IMG/VR virus record: IMGVR_UViG_3300020508_000005
Coordinates: 30,130-94,129 of that record
DNA: 64,000 nucleotides
Source: a virus
Taxonomy: Duplodnaviria > Caudoviricetes
Direction: 5' to 3' (one strand)
The position numbers and the translations under genes were made by a program. Positions 19,976-29,758 of the stretch are shown one piece after another (position 1 is the first letter of the stretch; each line of letters starts with the position of its first letter). The notes beneath the pieces were generated by a model. The model made no database searches, was not told the origin of the DNA, and was given only the letters and a program-made list of their open reading frames with translations.

Positions 19976-20578
19976 ATGGCTGAAAAGATCCCTATGGGGA
20001 TTGGACAACTAGGATTCAAAAATCTTCCTTTCAAAAGAAAGTTCAGATTCACTTTGGAATTGTTTGATATTTGTGGTTCTCAGTCCGTCCCCAAGCACTA
20101 TGTAAAAACAGCAGGAAGACCAAATCTTTCTATTGAAGAAACAGAAATTAACTTTCTGAATGCTAAGACGTGGATTCCCGGAAAAGCGTCTTGGGAATCT
20201 CTTACTGTTACTTATATCGACGTTGCTACAGCAGAAGTCGCCCCTTTGTTTAACTGGTTAGCATCGGTTTACAATTTTACCGATCCAATCAACTTGCAAA
20301 TGGGTGCTGTTCGTGCTGACTATACATGTACTGCGATTTTAAAACTGTGGGACGGTTGCGGAAGCTTGATGGAAACTTGGGAAATGAAAGACGTGTGGCC
20401 TACAGCTATCAACTTTGGTGATTTAGATTACGCAAATTCTGAAGAATGCACAATCGAACTTACTCTTAGATACTCGGATGTTAAGTACGTAAACTCGTGT
20501 CCCGGATTTACTATTACGCCTTGTTGTACTGGTTGTGATACACCACAAAACAATCCACAAAGCAATCTAGAAAATTAA
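19976..20578 (+). CDS. Tail tube protein paralog 3
   Basis: Same gp19 motifs; C-terminal CCTGC. Confidence 0.9.
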   Translation: MAEKIPMGIGQLGFKNLPFKRKFRFTLELFDICGSQSVPKHYVKTAGRPNLSIEETEINFLNAKTWIPGKASWESLTVTYIDVATAEVAPLFNWLASVYNFTDPINLQMGAVRADYTCTAILKLWDGCGSLMETWEMKDVWPTAINFGDLDYANSEECTIELTLRYSDVKYVNSCPGFTITPCCTGCDTPQNNPQSNLEN

Positions 20579-20613
20579 ATAAAACAATTCGTTTAAGATA
20601 CTAACTATTTTAT

Positions 20614-20648
20614 AGGGTAGCTGGATTTTTCCAGCTACCTTTTTCTTT
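20614..20648 (+). terminator. Intrinsic terminator after tube paralog 3
   Basis: GGTAGCTGGA-TTTT-TCCAGCTACC followed by TTTTTCTTT. Confidence 0.75.
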
Positions 20649-20659
20649 AGGAGATTTTT

Positions 20660-21184
20660 ATGGCTAAAATGGGTTTGCAATTTGGCTTAGAAGGCAATGG
20701 TAGATATTGCAAAAGACAATTTAGATGGCTGTTCGAAATACCTGAAGTAGTTGGCGACACAACTTCGGCACAAAAAGGCATTCCTGCTTTGCCTCCAGAA
20801 AAAAGTGCTCGTCCTAATCTTGATTTTAAAGAAATTGAAGTAAAACACCTTACCGAAGATTATTTTTATCCCGCTAAACCAAGTTGGAAACCAGTAAGCT
20901 TAACTCTATGGGATCTTAAGTATAATGAACACCCTGTTTACAAGTGGTTGTTGGAAATGTACGACCCAGAAAAGGCCACATGGCAAACTGCCACGAAAGG
21001 AAAGTTTATTAAAACTTGCTATTTGACTCTTTATGATGCGATTGGCGAACCCATAGAAAAATGGGTTTGGGAAGATGCGTGGCCTCAAGCAATTAACTTT
21101 CAGACTCTTGATATGACAACGACAGGGATTGTCATGTGCGAAATCACGTTAAGATATGCTAGAGCTTACATACAAAAAGTTTAA
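20660..21184 (+). CDS. Tail tube protein paralog 4 (divergent; possible tube initiator)
   Basis: KRQFRW, RPNL, WPQAINF..LD, ITLRY. Confidence 0.82.
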   Translation: MAKMGLQFGLEGNGRYCKRQFRWLFEIPEVVGDTTSAQKGIPALPPEKSARPNLDFKEIEVKHLTEDYFYPAKPSWKPVSLTLWDLKYNEHPVYKWLLEMYDPEKATWQTATKGKFIKTCYLTLYDAIGEPIEKWVWEDAWPQAINFQTLDMTTTGIVMCEITLRYARAYIQKV

Positions 21185-21465
21185 TCTTCGTCGTCGTCGT
21201 CTTTATGCTGAAGATCTTCTATGTCGATATCAAATTCAGCAGCAAGAATGGTACGCATTTCTTCAAGAGCATCTTCTAGTTTTTTGCCTTTCCAATTAAG
21301 TCTACGGCAAGTGCTGCTCTTATTAAGACGGCCTTTTTTTGTATAGCAATCTTTTTCGTTATCTAACAAACAATCCACGAGTTCGGAATATCCAGCTTCT
21401 CTCAGCTTGTCTATTACCTCTTGAGTCTCTATGGCATTTACTGGGTTAATAATTGGTTTACTCAT
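21181..21465 (-). CDS. Hypothetical protein
   Basis: Intact ORF; YTKKGRLNKS; acidic tail. Confidence 0.6.
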   Translation of the reverse strand: MSKPIINPVNAIETQEVIDKLREAGYSELVDCLLDNEKDCYTKKGRLNKSSTCRRLNWKGKKLEDALEEMRTILAAEFDIDIEDLQHKDDDDED

Positions 21466-21499
21466 ACTTATATTGTTATATCACATAAATAAAATTAGA

Positions 21500-22036
21500 T
21501 CAATATCCTTTTTCACAAAATCTCATTTCTTTACCATTTCTGATAATAACACTTTCAAATTTCTCAGATTGAAAATTTTGATATCGTTTTTTAAGTTCAT
21601 TGTAATTACGAGCACTACGATAAAGCTGCCTGAAATGATTCAATATACACGTTGTCATATAATTGAAAGCCTTGCCTTTTCTTGGGTCAAATCTATTGAT
21701 CTTTTCAAAGCAAATTAAAACACCCTCTTGTATTGCATCATCAATATCAATGCCACTGAATTTTGCGTAGTTTGCTATATTCTCTGACAAAATGTAAAAA
21801 GCATGAGCCAATTGATTTTGAAATTCTTTAAAACTTTCACATGCCTCTTGGTGTAATTTCTGGCTTTCAAGCCATGCTTGTTTTTTGCTTTCATCGCCGT
21901 ATTTAACAACTCTTCGATCATTTGTTTCTTTTAAATCTTTCATGATCAATTCATATTTCGCTTTTTGCCTTTTGAAGAATTGAAAGGCATGGATTACAGA
22001 CTCAAAAGTTCTGTTATTAATATATTCGTTGGCCAT
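21500..22036 (-). CDS. Late-transcription sigma factor, T4 gp55-like
   Basis: N-terminal YINN..F; DDAIQEG..CF..INRFDP.K.KAFNYMT...NHFRQ. Confidence 0.8.
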   Translation of the reverse strand: MANEYINNRTFESVIHAFQFFKRQKAKYELIMKDLKETNDRRVVKYGDESKKQAWLESQKLHQEACESFKEFQNQLAHAFYILSENIANYAKFSGIDIDDAIQEGVLICFEKINRFDPRKGKAFNYMTTCILNHFRQLYRSARNYNELKKRYQNFQSEKFESVIIRNGKEMRFCEKGY

Positions 22037-22127
22037 AGTTCTCCACCGGGGGATTTTAAAAAGTATCTATGTGCTGACGACGGCTTATTTTATAGAGAAA
22101 TCCATTTCCTTAACTCTGTAATGTAGT

Positions 22128-22328
22128 ATGAATCTGACAAACTTATATGCCACCCTGCAAACAAACCCTCGAAGCAAAGATGTTTATCGTAAGCTTAAAG
22201 AAAAGTATGAATTGCTGGGCATGCTAAATGAAGCCAAGGCTTTTCAAGAACTTATAGAAAAGAAATTTAATGCTGACAGTTCAAATAATCACAAAGAACA
22301 ATCAAAAAACCCTGAAATCAACTCTTGA
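22128..22328 (+). CDS. Hypothetical protein
   Basis: 66 aa ORF overlapping next gene. Confidence 0.45.
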   Translation: MNLTNLYATLQTNPRSKDVYRKLKEKYELLGMLNEAKAFQELIEKKFNADSSNNHKEQSKNPEINS

Positions 22329-23217
22329 TTCTATTGCTGAACTTCGGCCTAAAGTTCTTGTCGGAGATTATGGAAGCACTGATAGCACTATTGATATTTG
22401 CAAAAAGTACAATATAGAAATTTTTGATGTGTCTACCAAAACACGAGATCAAGCTAGAATGTTTCTTAATTCAAAAAGCCAAAATAATTGGAATCTATGG
22501 ATTGAACCATGGGAAACAATAATTCAAAACAACTTTAACTTTGATAAAGAAAAAATACAGTTTGGTTATGTGCGAGTTATTCATGGCCAATCTCTTCTTT
22601 GGGATATCAGATTGTGGAGAGGCCACTGTAAGTTCGTTAATCCTGTTTTTGAACGCATAGAGTCATCTGTTGGCACAAATACAGGCATTGTGTTGTCGTC
22701 TACAGGAGGACACAATAACAACGATGCAATGGACTGTTTGCAAAAATGGAAATTAGAAAGCCCACTATCTGCACAACCATACTATTACCAAGCTTGTCTG
22801 CTCTTAGCTGAAAAAAGATATGAAGAATTTTTGAGTTGTGCTGAGAATTATTTGTTTTTAGAAAAGCAGCCTACTGTTTCGGCCATCATGACCAGATACT
22901 ACTATGCCATGACTCAATTAATGCACAAAAGAGCCGTAAAGCCGACTCTGCAAAACCTAAACCTTTGTCTTTGTGCAAAGCCTCTTATGGCCGAGTTTTG
23001 GTGCCTCACAGGAGATGTATACTATCATTTACTTAATAAATTTGCTGTGGCTAAAGAGTTTTATGAAAATGCAATTATTCTAGGTGCAAAAAGACTGGCA
23101 AATGATAGATGGCCTATGGATATTTCTAAATACAATAAATATCCAAAAATGATGATCAAGAGTTGTGATCAACTTCTCAACAACAATACTAATTACGTGC
23201 CAAAGAACTCTCAGTAA
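22270..23217 (+). CDS. GT2-like glycosyltransferase with C-terminal TPR-like helices
   Basis: LTVQIITKN...L..TLDSI..VGDYGSTDSTIDI; AEFWCLTGDVYY..A..FYENA. Confidence 0.7.
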   Translation: MLTVQIITKNNQKTLKSTLDSIAELRPKVLVGDYGSTDSTIDICKKYNIEIFDVSTKTRDQARMFLNSKSQNNWNLWIEPWETIIQNNFNFDKEKIQFGYVRVIHGQSLLWDIRLWRGHCKFVNPVFERIESSVGTNTGIVLSSTGGHNNNDAMDCLQKWKLESPLSAQPYYYQACLLLAEKRYEEFLSCAENYLFLEKQPTVSAIMTRYYYAMTQLMHKRAVKPTLQNLNLCLCAKPLMAEFWCLTGDVYYHLLNKFAVAKEFYENAIILGAKRLANDRWPMDISKYNKYPKMMIKSCDQLLNNNTNYVPKNSQ

Positions 23218-23442
23218 ATGGCCTAAAGGCGATTGTGAGTTTCTAAAAAATTAAAATCGATAATATGGATTTGATGGTCATCTTGCGGCTTTGTCAATTA
23301 ATCGCATCAATGGAGAAAAGCATAGAAGAGAAATAGGGAATAGACATATTGTCAATTGGTTGAAAGAACTTATCTAAAAGTGTTCCAAGTGCTCTGCGTG
23401 AATTGGAATTCTATCAAAAAGATAGCAAAATAAAGAATACAT

Positions 23443-23835
23443 CTACCAAATTTGGCCTTCTAAATGATTTATCACTACTGTGACTTGATCTTGATATCTT
23501 GCAATATCAAGTTGCTTTCTTCCCGGTCCTAACTTTCGCAATTCAGACACAAGCTCGTCTACATGGCAATTGATAACCTGCCATTCATTTTTAGCAAGTT
23601 TTTCTATATCTTTTTCAAATTCTTCAGGAACAATTTCGTCTTTTGTTGGAAAGTATGCAGCAACTTGTTTTCCAGCTTTTCTCATCACGTTAATGTAAAT
23701 TGGGTGATTGCATGCACAGCCGGGATTTTTCAAAAATTTTGTCACGTCTTCCTGTAGTTCTTCTGGAAGAGAAGCTCGAAATCTTTCATCTAAAAGAGCT
23801 TGCTTGACATCATGCACTGTGACTTTTTTCTTCAT
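23443..23835 (-). CDS. Hypothetical protein
   Basis: Intact ORF, NPGCACN. Confidence 0.6.
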   Translation of the reverse strand: MKKKVTVHDVKQALLDERFRASLPEELQEDVTKFLKNPGCACNHPIYINVMRKAGKQVAAYFPTKDEIVPEEFEKDIEKLAKNEWQVINCHVDELVSELRKLGPGRKQLDIARYQDQVTVVINHLEGQIW

Positions 23836-23845
23836 TTTTCTTTCC

Positions 23846-24214
23846 TTACGAGCTTTCTAAATTGGGCCTCTCAGGAGGCAATCCATCTTGTATTCTTTTT
23901 TTGCGGTCATTTTCTTGCCTTTCAGCTTCTGTTTTTGCATCTCTTAGCTTGATGGCTTTTGCAATTGCACCCTGAACCTCTTTGGCAACAACGCCCCTTC
24001 CGCATCTAGGGCATTTATATTTTTTTGCTTGAGTTTTTTGTGGCCTTTCTTTTGCTTTTCCTGTTCTTGGATCTAATATAGGAGCCCCCGATGGAATTGC
24101 TGAAGTTTTGATTTCAACCAAATCACAATCATCAGGATTTTTTGGAATAATTTGCTTGAACGCACATGACTCACAAAAAATCATGAGTTGTTTATTCTTT
24201 GCTTTCTGTTCCAT
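23846..24214 (-). CDS. Zinc-ribbon protein
   Basis: CESC and CPRC pairs. Confidence 0.6.
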   Translation of the reverse strand: MEQKAKNKQLMIFCESCAFKQIIPKNPDDCDLVEIKTSAIPSGAPILDPRTGKAKERPQKTQAKKYKCPRCGRGVVAKEVQGAIAKAIKLRDAKTEAERQENDRKKRIQDGLPPERPNLESS

Positions 24215-24551
24215 TTTCCTCACTATTCACTACAAAATCTGTCTTGCTTCGTATCATGTAAATATACTCACTGTAAAAACCAGATAAAAGACTACCTGCA
24301 AAAGCATAAGGCAAAATTAGTAACCATGGCTGTTGAAAATACATATACAGAATAGCCAAGCATCCATTGAATAATCCTGACCACCAACCTGTGCATTCAT
24401 AGCAAGCTAGAATTTCACTGATAAATTTTACAGAATTTAACCACTCTCTAATGCTTTTGTTGAACAACTTGATTACATCAAGAATGCGACCATGAACTAG
24501 TATGTTGGTCAAACCAATAGTCGCAAATACAAATAATAATAAAGATGCCAT
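24192..24551 (-). CDS. Small membrane protein (DUF1360-like)
   Basis: Hydrophobic helices with CxxC-GWW (CYECTGWW). Confidence 0.55.
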   Translation of the reverse strand: MASLLLFVFATIGLTNILVHGRILDVIKLFNKSIREWLNSVKFISEILACYECTGWWSGLFNGCLAILYMYFQQPWLLILPYAFAGSLLSGFYSEYIYMIRSKTDFVVNSEENGTESKE

Positions 24552-24883
24552 TATTCTGATACCTTACTAGATTTCTTTTCTCTTTCTACAAGCTCACGAT
24601 AAACCATTTCACGTTCTTTGGCTCTTTCTTCTTTTCTTCTTTCTAAATATTCCAAGTCACTGTGCGTTCTCGGAACAAATCTAGGAAAAGCCTTGTCAAA
24701 ATCAACTTTTTCAATTCTACAAGCCTCTTTAGTGGTTGGTACAACCGCCACTCGATATTCGCTTTCATTTTGAATAGCTTCAAAAAGATCCTTGTTAACT
24801 TGTTTAAAAACCTCGATTGTCTGTACAAGATCTTGTCCTAAGTCTGGATGGTAATTAATATAAAACGTAACTATGCCTTTCAT
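24551..24883 (-). CDS. Hypothetical protein
   Basis: AGGA RBS, intact ORF. Confidence 0.6.
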   Translation of the reverse strand: MKGIVTFYINYHPDLGQDLVQTIEVFKQVNKDLFEAIQNESEYRVAVVPTTKEACRIEKVDFDKAFPRFVPRTHSDLEYLERRKEERAKEREMVYRELVEREKKSSKVSE

Positions 24884-24902
24884 TTCTATTCCTTTCTAAT
24901 GT

Positions 24903-25277
24903 TTATCTCCAAAATGTAATATGCAAATTTTCTGAATCTCTCCACGTCGAAAAATAATTCATTCCTTGGATTCTGCATAAGTATTCACAAATTTCAGATT
25001 CGGAAATAGGAATGATGAAATTTTGCACTACAGTATAGTTGAGTTTTTCAAGTTCAATTTTATCACCAAAATATTCTTCAAGTATTGCCAAGTCTTCATC
25101 TGTAATGGTATTGAGGAAGTCTAAAATTGCTTGTTTTCCTAAAGATGACAAGTAAGGAATGCGTTTTGACATTCTCCATTGTTCAAAAATACTAAACATT
25201 TCAATTTTTAATCGGCTCTGTAAATTAGTATCATAAAAAATCAAGTCTTCAGCGTTTGAAAAATTTATTTGCAACAT
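24903..25277 (-). CDS. Hypothetical protein
   Basis: Intact ORF. Confidence 0.55.
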   Translation of the reverse strand: MLQINFSNAEDLIFYDTNLQSRLKIEMFSIFEQWRMSKRIPYLSSLGKQAILDFLNTITDEDLAILEEYFGDKIELEKLNYTVVQNFIIPISESEICEYLCRIQGMNYFSTWRDSENLHITFWR

Positions 25278-25332
25278 ACTCTCATAACCTCAGTACAAGC
25301 TACAAGCTAATCATAGTTTATAGGAGATAATT

Positions 25333-26505
25333 ATGGCAGATGATGTTTTCCGTCAAAACCGAAAAAAAGTAACAGCAGACGACCTTGGTGAAACAACAGA
25401 CAATCCACTGGACACTATTAGATCTGTTCAAGAAGCCGTAGCGAAAGAAACAGGCGTAGAAGCTCCCAAGAATTTTGGTGATGCACCGTTTCAAATTTCA
25501 GGCAACATTCCAGCAGCATTTAAAGACGCTATAAGTATTAACAAATTTCAGAATAGTCAAGGCGACAACGTGCCGAAGACACCTGTGAATCGTAAACCCA
25601 TGGGCAATCCAGTAGATGAAGATGATGGATTTAGTGGATTTGATGTGCCTCCCGAAAGACCTCGCCCCCAACAATCAGCCAAACCCACCCCTGATGCGAA
25701 GATTCGTGTTCAAGGCAGCGATGCCCTTGAAGGCTTGCTTGCACAGTTAGCAGAACAACATACGTGGGAAGAATTTGAATTCCCATCTAAAGGAAAATTC
25801 TATTCTAACATCCCAGCTACAGTTCATGTTAGGGCTATGACCGGTGGAGAAGAGCAAATTTTAGCCACTCCACGATGGGTCAAAAAGGGAAAAGCCATTG
25901 ATATGATTTTCCGTCGCTGCATCAAAGAGCAAATCAACACAGAAGATCTTCTAAGTTCTGATCGAACCAATCTACTTATTTATTTGCGTGGTATTTCTTA
26001 TACTCCAGAATATGACGTTGAAATCAAATGTCCTAACTGTTCAATCAAGTTCGCTCACGTAATTGACTTAAACGATATGGATGTTGAAGTATGTCCAGAT
26101 AATTTTGGACCAGATCAATTGTCAGGCGTTCTTCCAACAAGTAAATTCCGTTATCGTTATAGACTTGCAACCGGACAAGATGAGCAAGAAATTAACAGTT
26201 ATCGAGAAAAAAGAATTCAACAATGGGGCGATCAAGGGGATGACGATACTTTGCTGTACCGTACAGCATTGCTTCTTGAAGAAATTGAAGGCGTAACTCT
26301 GAAGAAAGAGTTAGCCCAACTGTTGGCCAAATTGCCAATTCAAGACGTTTCTTACTTAAGAAATGAAATCAATACTCCACCTTTTGGAGTCGATACAGAG
26401 CTTCCTATTCTGTGCCCTTCATGTACAGAAGAATTTAAAATTGATTTGCCGCTTGAAACAAGTTTTTTCTTCCCAAGGAAGAAGGCAAGCGAGAACCAAG
26501 CGTAG
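25333..26505 (+). CDS. Baseplate hub / tail assembly chaperone, T4 gp26-like, with disordered N-terminus
   Basis: FPSKGKFY, MTGGEEQIL, DR..LLIYLRGISY..Y..CP.C, LPTSK, CPSC..LP...FFFP. Confidence 0.8.
   Translation: MADDVFRQNRKKVTADDLGETTDNPLDTIRSVQEAVAKETGVEAPKNFGDAPFQISGNIPAAFKDAISINKFQNSQGDNVPKTPVNRKPMGNPVDEDDGFSGFDVPPERPRPQQSAKPTPDAKIRVQGSDALEGLLAQLAEQHTWEEFEFPSKGKFYSNIPATVHVRAMTGGEEQILATPRWVKKGKAIDMIFRRCIKEQINTEDLLSSDRTNLLIYLRGISYTPEYDVEIKCPNCSIKFAHVIDLNDMDVEVCPDNFGPDQLSGVLPTSKFRYRYRLATGQDEQEINSYREKRIQQWGDQGDDDTLLYRTALLLEEIEGVTLKKELAQLLAKLPIQDVSYLRNEINTPPFGVDTELPILCPSCTEEFKIDLPLETSFFFPRKKASENQA
26463..26469 (+). promoter_or_regulatory. Slippery heptamer T TTT TTC (candidate -1 frameshift site)
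   Basis: Correctly phased X XXY YYZ in gp26-like frame; -1 frame open to 26684. Confidence 0.6.
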
Positions 26506-26522
26506 AGCTTTGGGAAACACTT

Positions 26523-26684
26523 ATGGAGGAGTTGTTCTTCTTCCAATATCATATGCATATGAGCAAGGAAGATTGCATGTCCTTGCCAGTTCATGAACGA
26601 AAATGGCTGATTCAGCGATTTATCGAGCAGAAGAAAAAAGAAAATGAAGCAATAGACAGAGCCAAAAAAACTAAGAAATTTTAA
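26523..26684 (+). CDS. gp51-like / 'GT'-type tail chaperone extension (missed by ORF track)
   Basis: MEELFFFQYHMHMSKEDCMSLPVHERKWLIQRFIEQKKKENE; in -1 frame of upstream gene. Confidence 0.75.
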   Translation: MEELFFFQYHMHMSKEDCMSLPVHERKWLIQRFIEQKKKENEAIDRAKKTKKF

Positions 26685-26727
26685 TCTTAGTCTTTTTGGT
26701 CCATGAAATAAAAAAGGAGTTTAAATC

Positions 26728-27471
26728 GTGGGAGCGACAAAAGAAAGATATCAAAATCCAGCGGTAGGAGACAACATCAATTTAAGATTGATGACTTACA
26801 ATAGCAACAATCTTAGTGATGTCCATGACATCGAGAAAGTAGAAATATACTTTCTTGATCCTAGCTTGAGATCTGAGGAAAACCCAGACGGAGTTCGTTT
26901 AGTTGATTCATTTGATCCTTCATCGGTTACACATGAAGATACTGGGACGTATTTGCTGAATTTGCCAACTGAGGGCGTCAAATACACAATTGGAACATAT
27001 TACGATCAATGGACAGTAAGAGTAGATTCTGATCAACCTTATCACACCATAAATCAAAGATTTGAAATTTACCCAAATCTGTGGTATAGCACTCCAATTC
27101 CAGTGGTTTATGATTTTGACTTTAGATTTCAACCAAACAAAATGAGGCAAGGCTCCAAGCAATTTTTGATGATTGAAATTAAGCCTAATGTGCCTACAGC
27201 GGGTGATCTTCGTGCATATTACGAAAATTTAGCGATTGTATCTAATCTTAAGATTTCAATTGAACAAAACTGTGGTGATTGTGTGCCAGCAGAAGTTGAT
27301 TTGAGAAGGATAGTTGAAGATGCACCAGTTGATTATAGAGAAAAACGTTTAGGCTACTATAAAATTGACACCACAGAAATGGACTGTGGCATTTATGACA
27401 TTTGGTTCAAGTTAGAGATTGGAGAAAATGTCTACATTTCAGATAGGTATAAGTTTCAAGTGTATGACTAA
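26728..27471 (+). CDS. Probable virion structural protein
   Basis: AGGAG RBS; beta-rich duplicated domain (GTYY.QW / GIYDIWF). Confidence 0.55.
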   Translation: MGATKERYQNPAVGDNINLRLMTYNSNNLSDVHDIEKVEIYFLDPSLRSEENPDGVRLVDSFDPSSVTHEDTGTYLLNLPTEGVKYTIGTYYDQWTVRVDSDQPYHTINQRFEIYPNLWYSTPIPVVYDFDFRFQPNKMRQGSKQFLMIEIKPNVPTAGDLRAYYENLAIVSNLKISIEQNCGDCVPAEVDLRRIVEDAPVDYREKRLGYYKIDTTEMDCGIYDIWFKLEIGENVYISDRYKFQVYD

Positions 27472-27479
27472 GGACATTT

Positions 27480-27944
27480 ATGGAAGAATTTAAAAAAACA
27501 AACGAATGCAACAAGACGACTTTATTAGCAAGTAAGTTTTTGTTTTGGCCAAAAATTTTTCCTGATCTTTATCTGAATATATTAAGTGTTAAATGGGAAG
27601 AATGCAAAAACACATTGACATTGACTATGGCAGAAACTGTTGAATTCAATGTTTTAAAATGGATTAAATTGATTAAAAATAGCGATGAAATCAGCAGAAA
27701 TCCAATTACTGATCTTGAAGCACACTTAGCGTTTTTGCATTTTTTAAATGGGGAAAATGAAAAAATTGCTACTTTTAAATTTAGAGGCTTCACACTAATT
27801 GAGCACTTATGTGAAATGAATTATGATCTAAGTGATGCTCTCGAACACAAAATAGTAATTAAATATTCAAGTTCAGAATTTGTTATGCCTGTAGGTGATG
27901 ATTGTGATGAGATTGATCAATTAAAAGACAAAGTCTTAAAATAA
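27480..27944 (+). CDS. Hypothetical protein, possibly distant tube-fold
   Basis: C-terminal EMNYDLSD...IVIKY echoes tube-protein LDY..S...LTLRY. Confidence 0.45.
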   Translation: MEEFKKTNECNKTTLLASKFLFWPKIFPDLYLNILSVKWEECKNTLTLTMAETVEFNVLKWIKLIKNSDEISRNPITDLEAHLAFLHFLNGENEKIATFKFRGFTLIEHLCEMNYDLSDALEHKIVIKYSSSEFVMPVGDDCDEIDQLKDKVLK

Positions 27945-28077
27945 AAATCAATTCATATTTAAAAAACCACTAAACTTTCTATATTTATTTAGCGAGTAAA
28001 AATTCCTTGGAGGCAAACCATAGCCTCTAAATTTATGCCCAAGTGAGGATGAGGGTTAACTCGTAAAAGGAGAATAT

Positions 28078-28899
28078 ATGGTTTATTCAAATAAATTTGT
28101 TGTGTGTGTTTTAGTTAATGATACGCCTCAAAATGAACTTGCAAACGGAATTGTCAAGATTCCATTTAATTCAGAATACGTTTTACGATTTAGAAATAAA
28201 AACAATCGTCGTGCTCTAGTCAAAGTAGCGATTGATGGAGAAAATGTTTCAAATCATGGCTTTATTATTCCAGCCAACTCTTACATTGATGTAAAAAGAC
28301 CAATTAATAAGGATGCTGCCTTTAAATTTGTCTCTTTGGATTCTCCAGATGCAATAGATCATGGAAAAAATGGCCCTAATGATGATAAAATTAAAGGCAC
28401 CATAGATGTGAAGTGCTATCTTGAAAAAGAATTATCGCTGCAAAAAATTTATTTTGCAAAATATCCAAGTTGGGCAAGCAACAACACTGTATATAGAAAA
28501 AAATCTAATTGTGACTCCAAATCAGTATTTGGGACGGCTAGTTGTTTACGTTGCCTGCCACAAAATGCAAAATTAAATCAACCCCTTGATTTAAAAACTA
28601 TTGAGACAGATGATTCGCAAGATGGTTGCACAGTTGAAGGTAATGAAACAGGGCAAGAATTTGTTTCTGCCTCGATTGAATGTGAGGAAACTTATACTTC
28701 AGTTAAGTTGTTTTTGCAAGGTTGCCAGCCTCAAGAAACTAAACCAACTATCTCTACAAATAGAAAAGTAGATGCCCTTGAAGCAGAGAATCAAAAACTT
28801 CGAGAGCAGATCGCTGAGTTAGAAAATAAGAAGCTTAAGTTACGACTCAATGAGTTATCTAAAACTACGACTAAGAAAAGAACAAAAAAAAGTGTATAA
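28078..28899 (+). CDS. Hypothetical phage protein with C-terminal coiled coil
   Basis: AGGAG RBS; EY.LRFRN...RRA.V.V.IDG.NV. Confidence 0.65.
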   Translation: MVYSNKFVVCVLVNDTPQNELANGIVKIPFNSEYVLRFRNKNNRRALVKVAIDGENVSNHGFIIPANSYIDVKRPINKDAAFKFVSLDSPDAIDHGKNGPNDDKIKGTIDVKCYLEKELSLQKIYFAKYPSWASNNTVYRKKSNCDSKSVFGTASCLRCLPQNAKLNQPLDLKTIETDDSQDGCTVEGNETGQEFVSASIECEETYTSVKLFLQGCQPQETKPTISTNRKVDALEAENQKLREQIAELENKKLKLRLNELSKTTTKKRTKKSV

Positions 28900-28906
28900 C
28901 ACTGTT

Positions 28907-28935
28907 AAAAAGCTCGGGGAAACCCGAGCTTTTTT
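28907..28935. terminator. Bidirectional terminator
   Basis: AAAAAGCTCGGG-GAAA-CCCGAGCTTTTT between convergent genes. Confidence 0.8.
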
Positions 28936-29194
28936 ATTTCATTTTTAGTGTTGATGCTTCATAAGTCACACTTTCAATTATATGTTTAATTTCAGTTGGA
29001 AACTCATCATCAAATATATCGCAGATATTTTCTAAATTTAATTCTCTTTCAATTTTAAATATCATGTCTATTAGATCAAAAGAATCAAAATTTAAATCTT
29101 TCACTACATCCATATTTTCATCTATAGACTTCACCTCAATAGCGGCAATGTCCGCTATAATTTTCATTATAGATTCACTTGTATTTATTGACAT
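28934..29194 (-). CDS. Acyl carrier protein-like
   Basis: Acidic 86 aa; DLNFDSFDLIDMIFKIE matches phosphopantetheine DSxD site. Confidence 0.7.
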   Translation of the reverse strand: MSINTSESIMKIIADIAAIEVKSIDENMDVVKDLNFDSFDLIDMIFKIERELNLENICDIFDDEFPTEIKHIIESVTYEASTLKMK

Positions 29195-29198
29195 ATTT

Positions 29199-29750
29199 TT
29201 ATGAAAACCAAAAATTGCGATCTGTTTGGTTTAATAAATCGCCCAAAAGCATTATGACCCAATCTTTGTAATGAATTCTGTAAGTGAATATAGATTCATC
29301 AAGAGGTGCTAAATCACTTAAAAGTATCATAGCTAGCCACGGCTTTCTTGAACGTTTCCAGCATATTAAAGGCTTGCGTCCACAGTAGCTTGCGTCACGC
29401 TGTGACTGCTCGATAAACGTGTCTATACGAGATATACCATCATTAAACAAAGCGTTTAAGTCTATGTCATCCTCATAGCCACCTTTAGATTCAATCACCC
29501 ATTTGAATTTTTCTGGAACACACACATCACCTGTAAGGGTTTTCTTAGCGTGCTCTGGCAAAAAAGAAACTTGACTCCATCTTGCACCTGATCCGGGGGC
29601 CTTAGAAAATTCTTCTCCAAAGTGGTCGCTTAGTAGTTTGCAAAGCTGAAGTTCCGTTCGGTTTCCTTTTGCTTTTCCATCGACTTTTTTCTTATTCGTT
29701 TTTTGCTTGCTATCAAACAAGTTTTCAATTTGCAGGTCTTTATCATCCAT
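29199..29750 (-). CDS. Holliday junction resolvase, PD-(D/E)xK type
   Basis: KAKGNRTE, PGSGA, GD, IESK, WKRSRKPWL. Confidence 0.75.
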   Translation of the reverse strand: MDDKDLQIENLFDSKQKTNKKKVDGKAKGNRTELQLCKLLSDHFGEEFSKAPGSGARWSQVSFLPEHAKKTLTGDVCVPEKFKWVIESKGGYEDDIDLNALFNDGISRIDTFIEQSQRDASYCGRKPLICWKRSRKPWLAMILLSDLAPLDESIFTYRIHYKDWVIMLLGDLLNQTDRNFWFS

Positions 29751-29758
29751 GTGGCTCC

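Noticed and set aside
23218-23442. Possible pseudogene in intergenic gap
   Set aside because: Short broken frames with no recognisable homology.
26363-26596. 77-aa ORF as the chaperone extension
   Set aside because: It is the +1 frame; the gp51-like sequence lies in the -1 frame ending at 26684.
28003-28066. c-di-GMP-I riboswitch (GGCAAACCAT seen)
   Set aside because: Lacks the GAAA tetraloop arm and GACGCAAAGC half; only short hairpins present.
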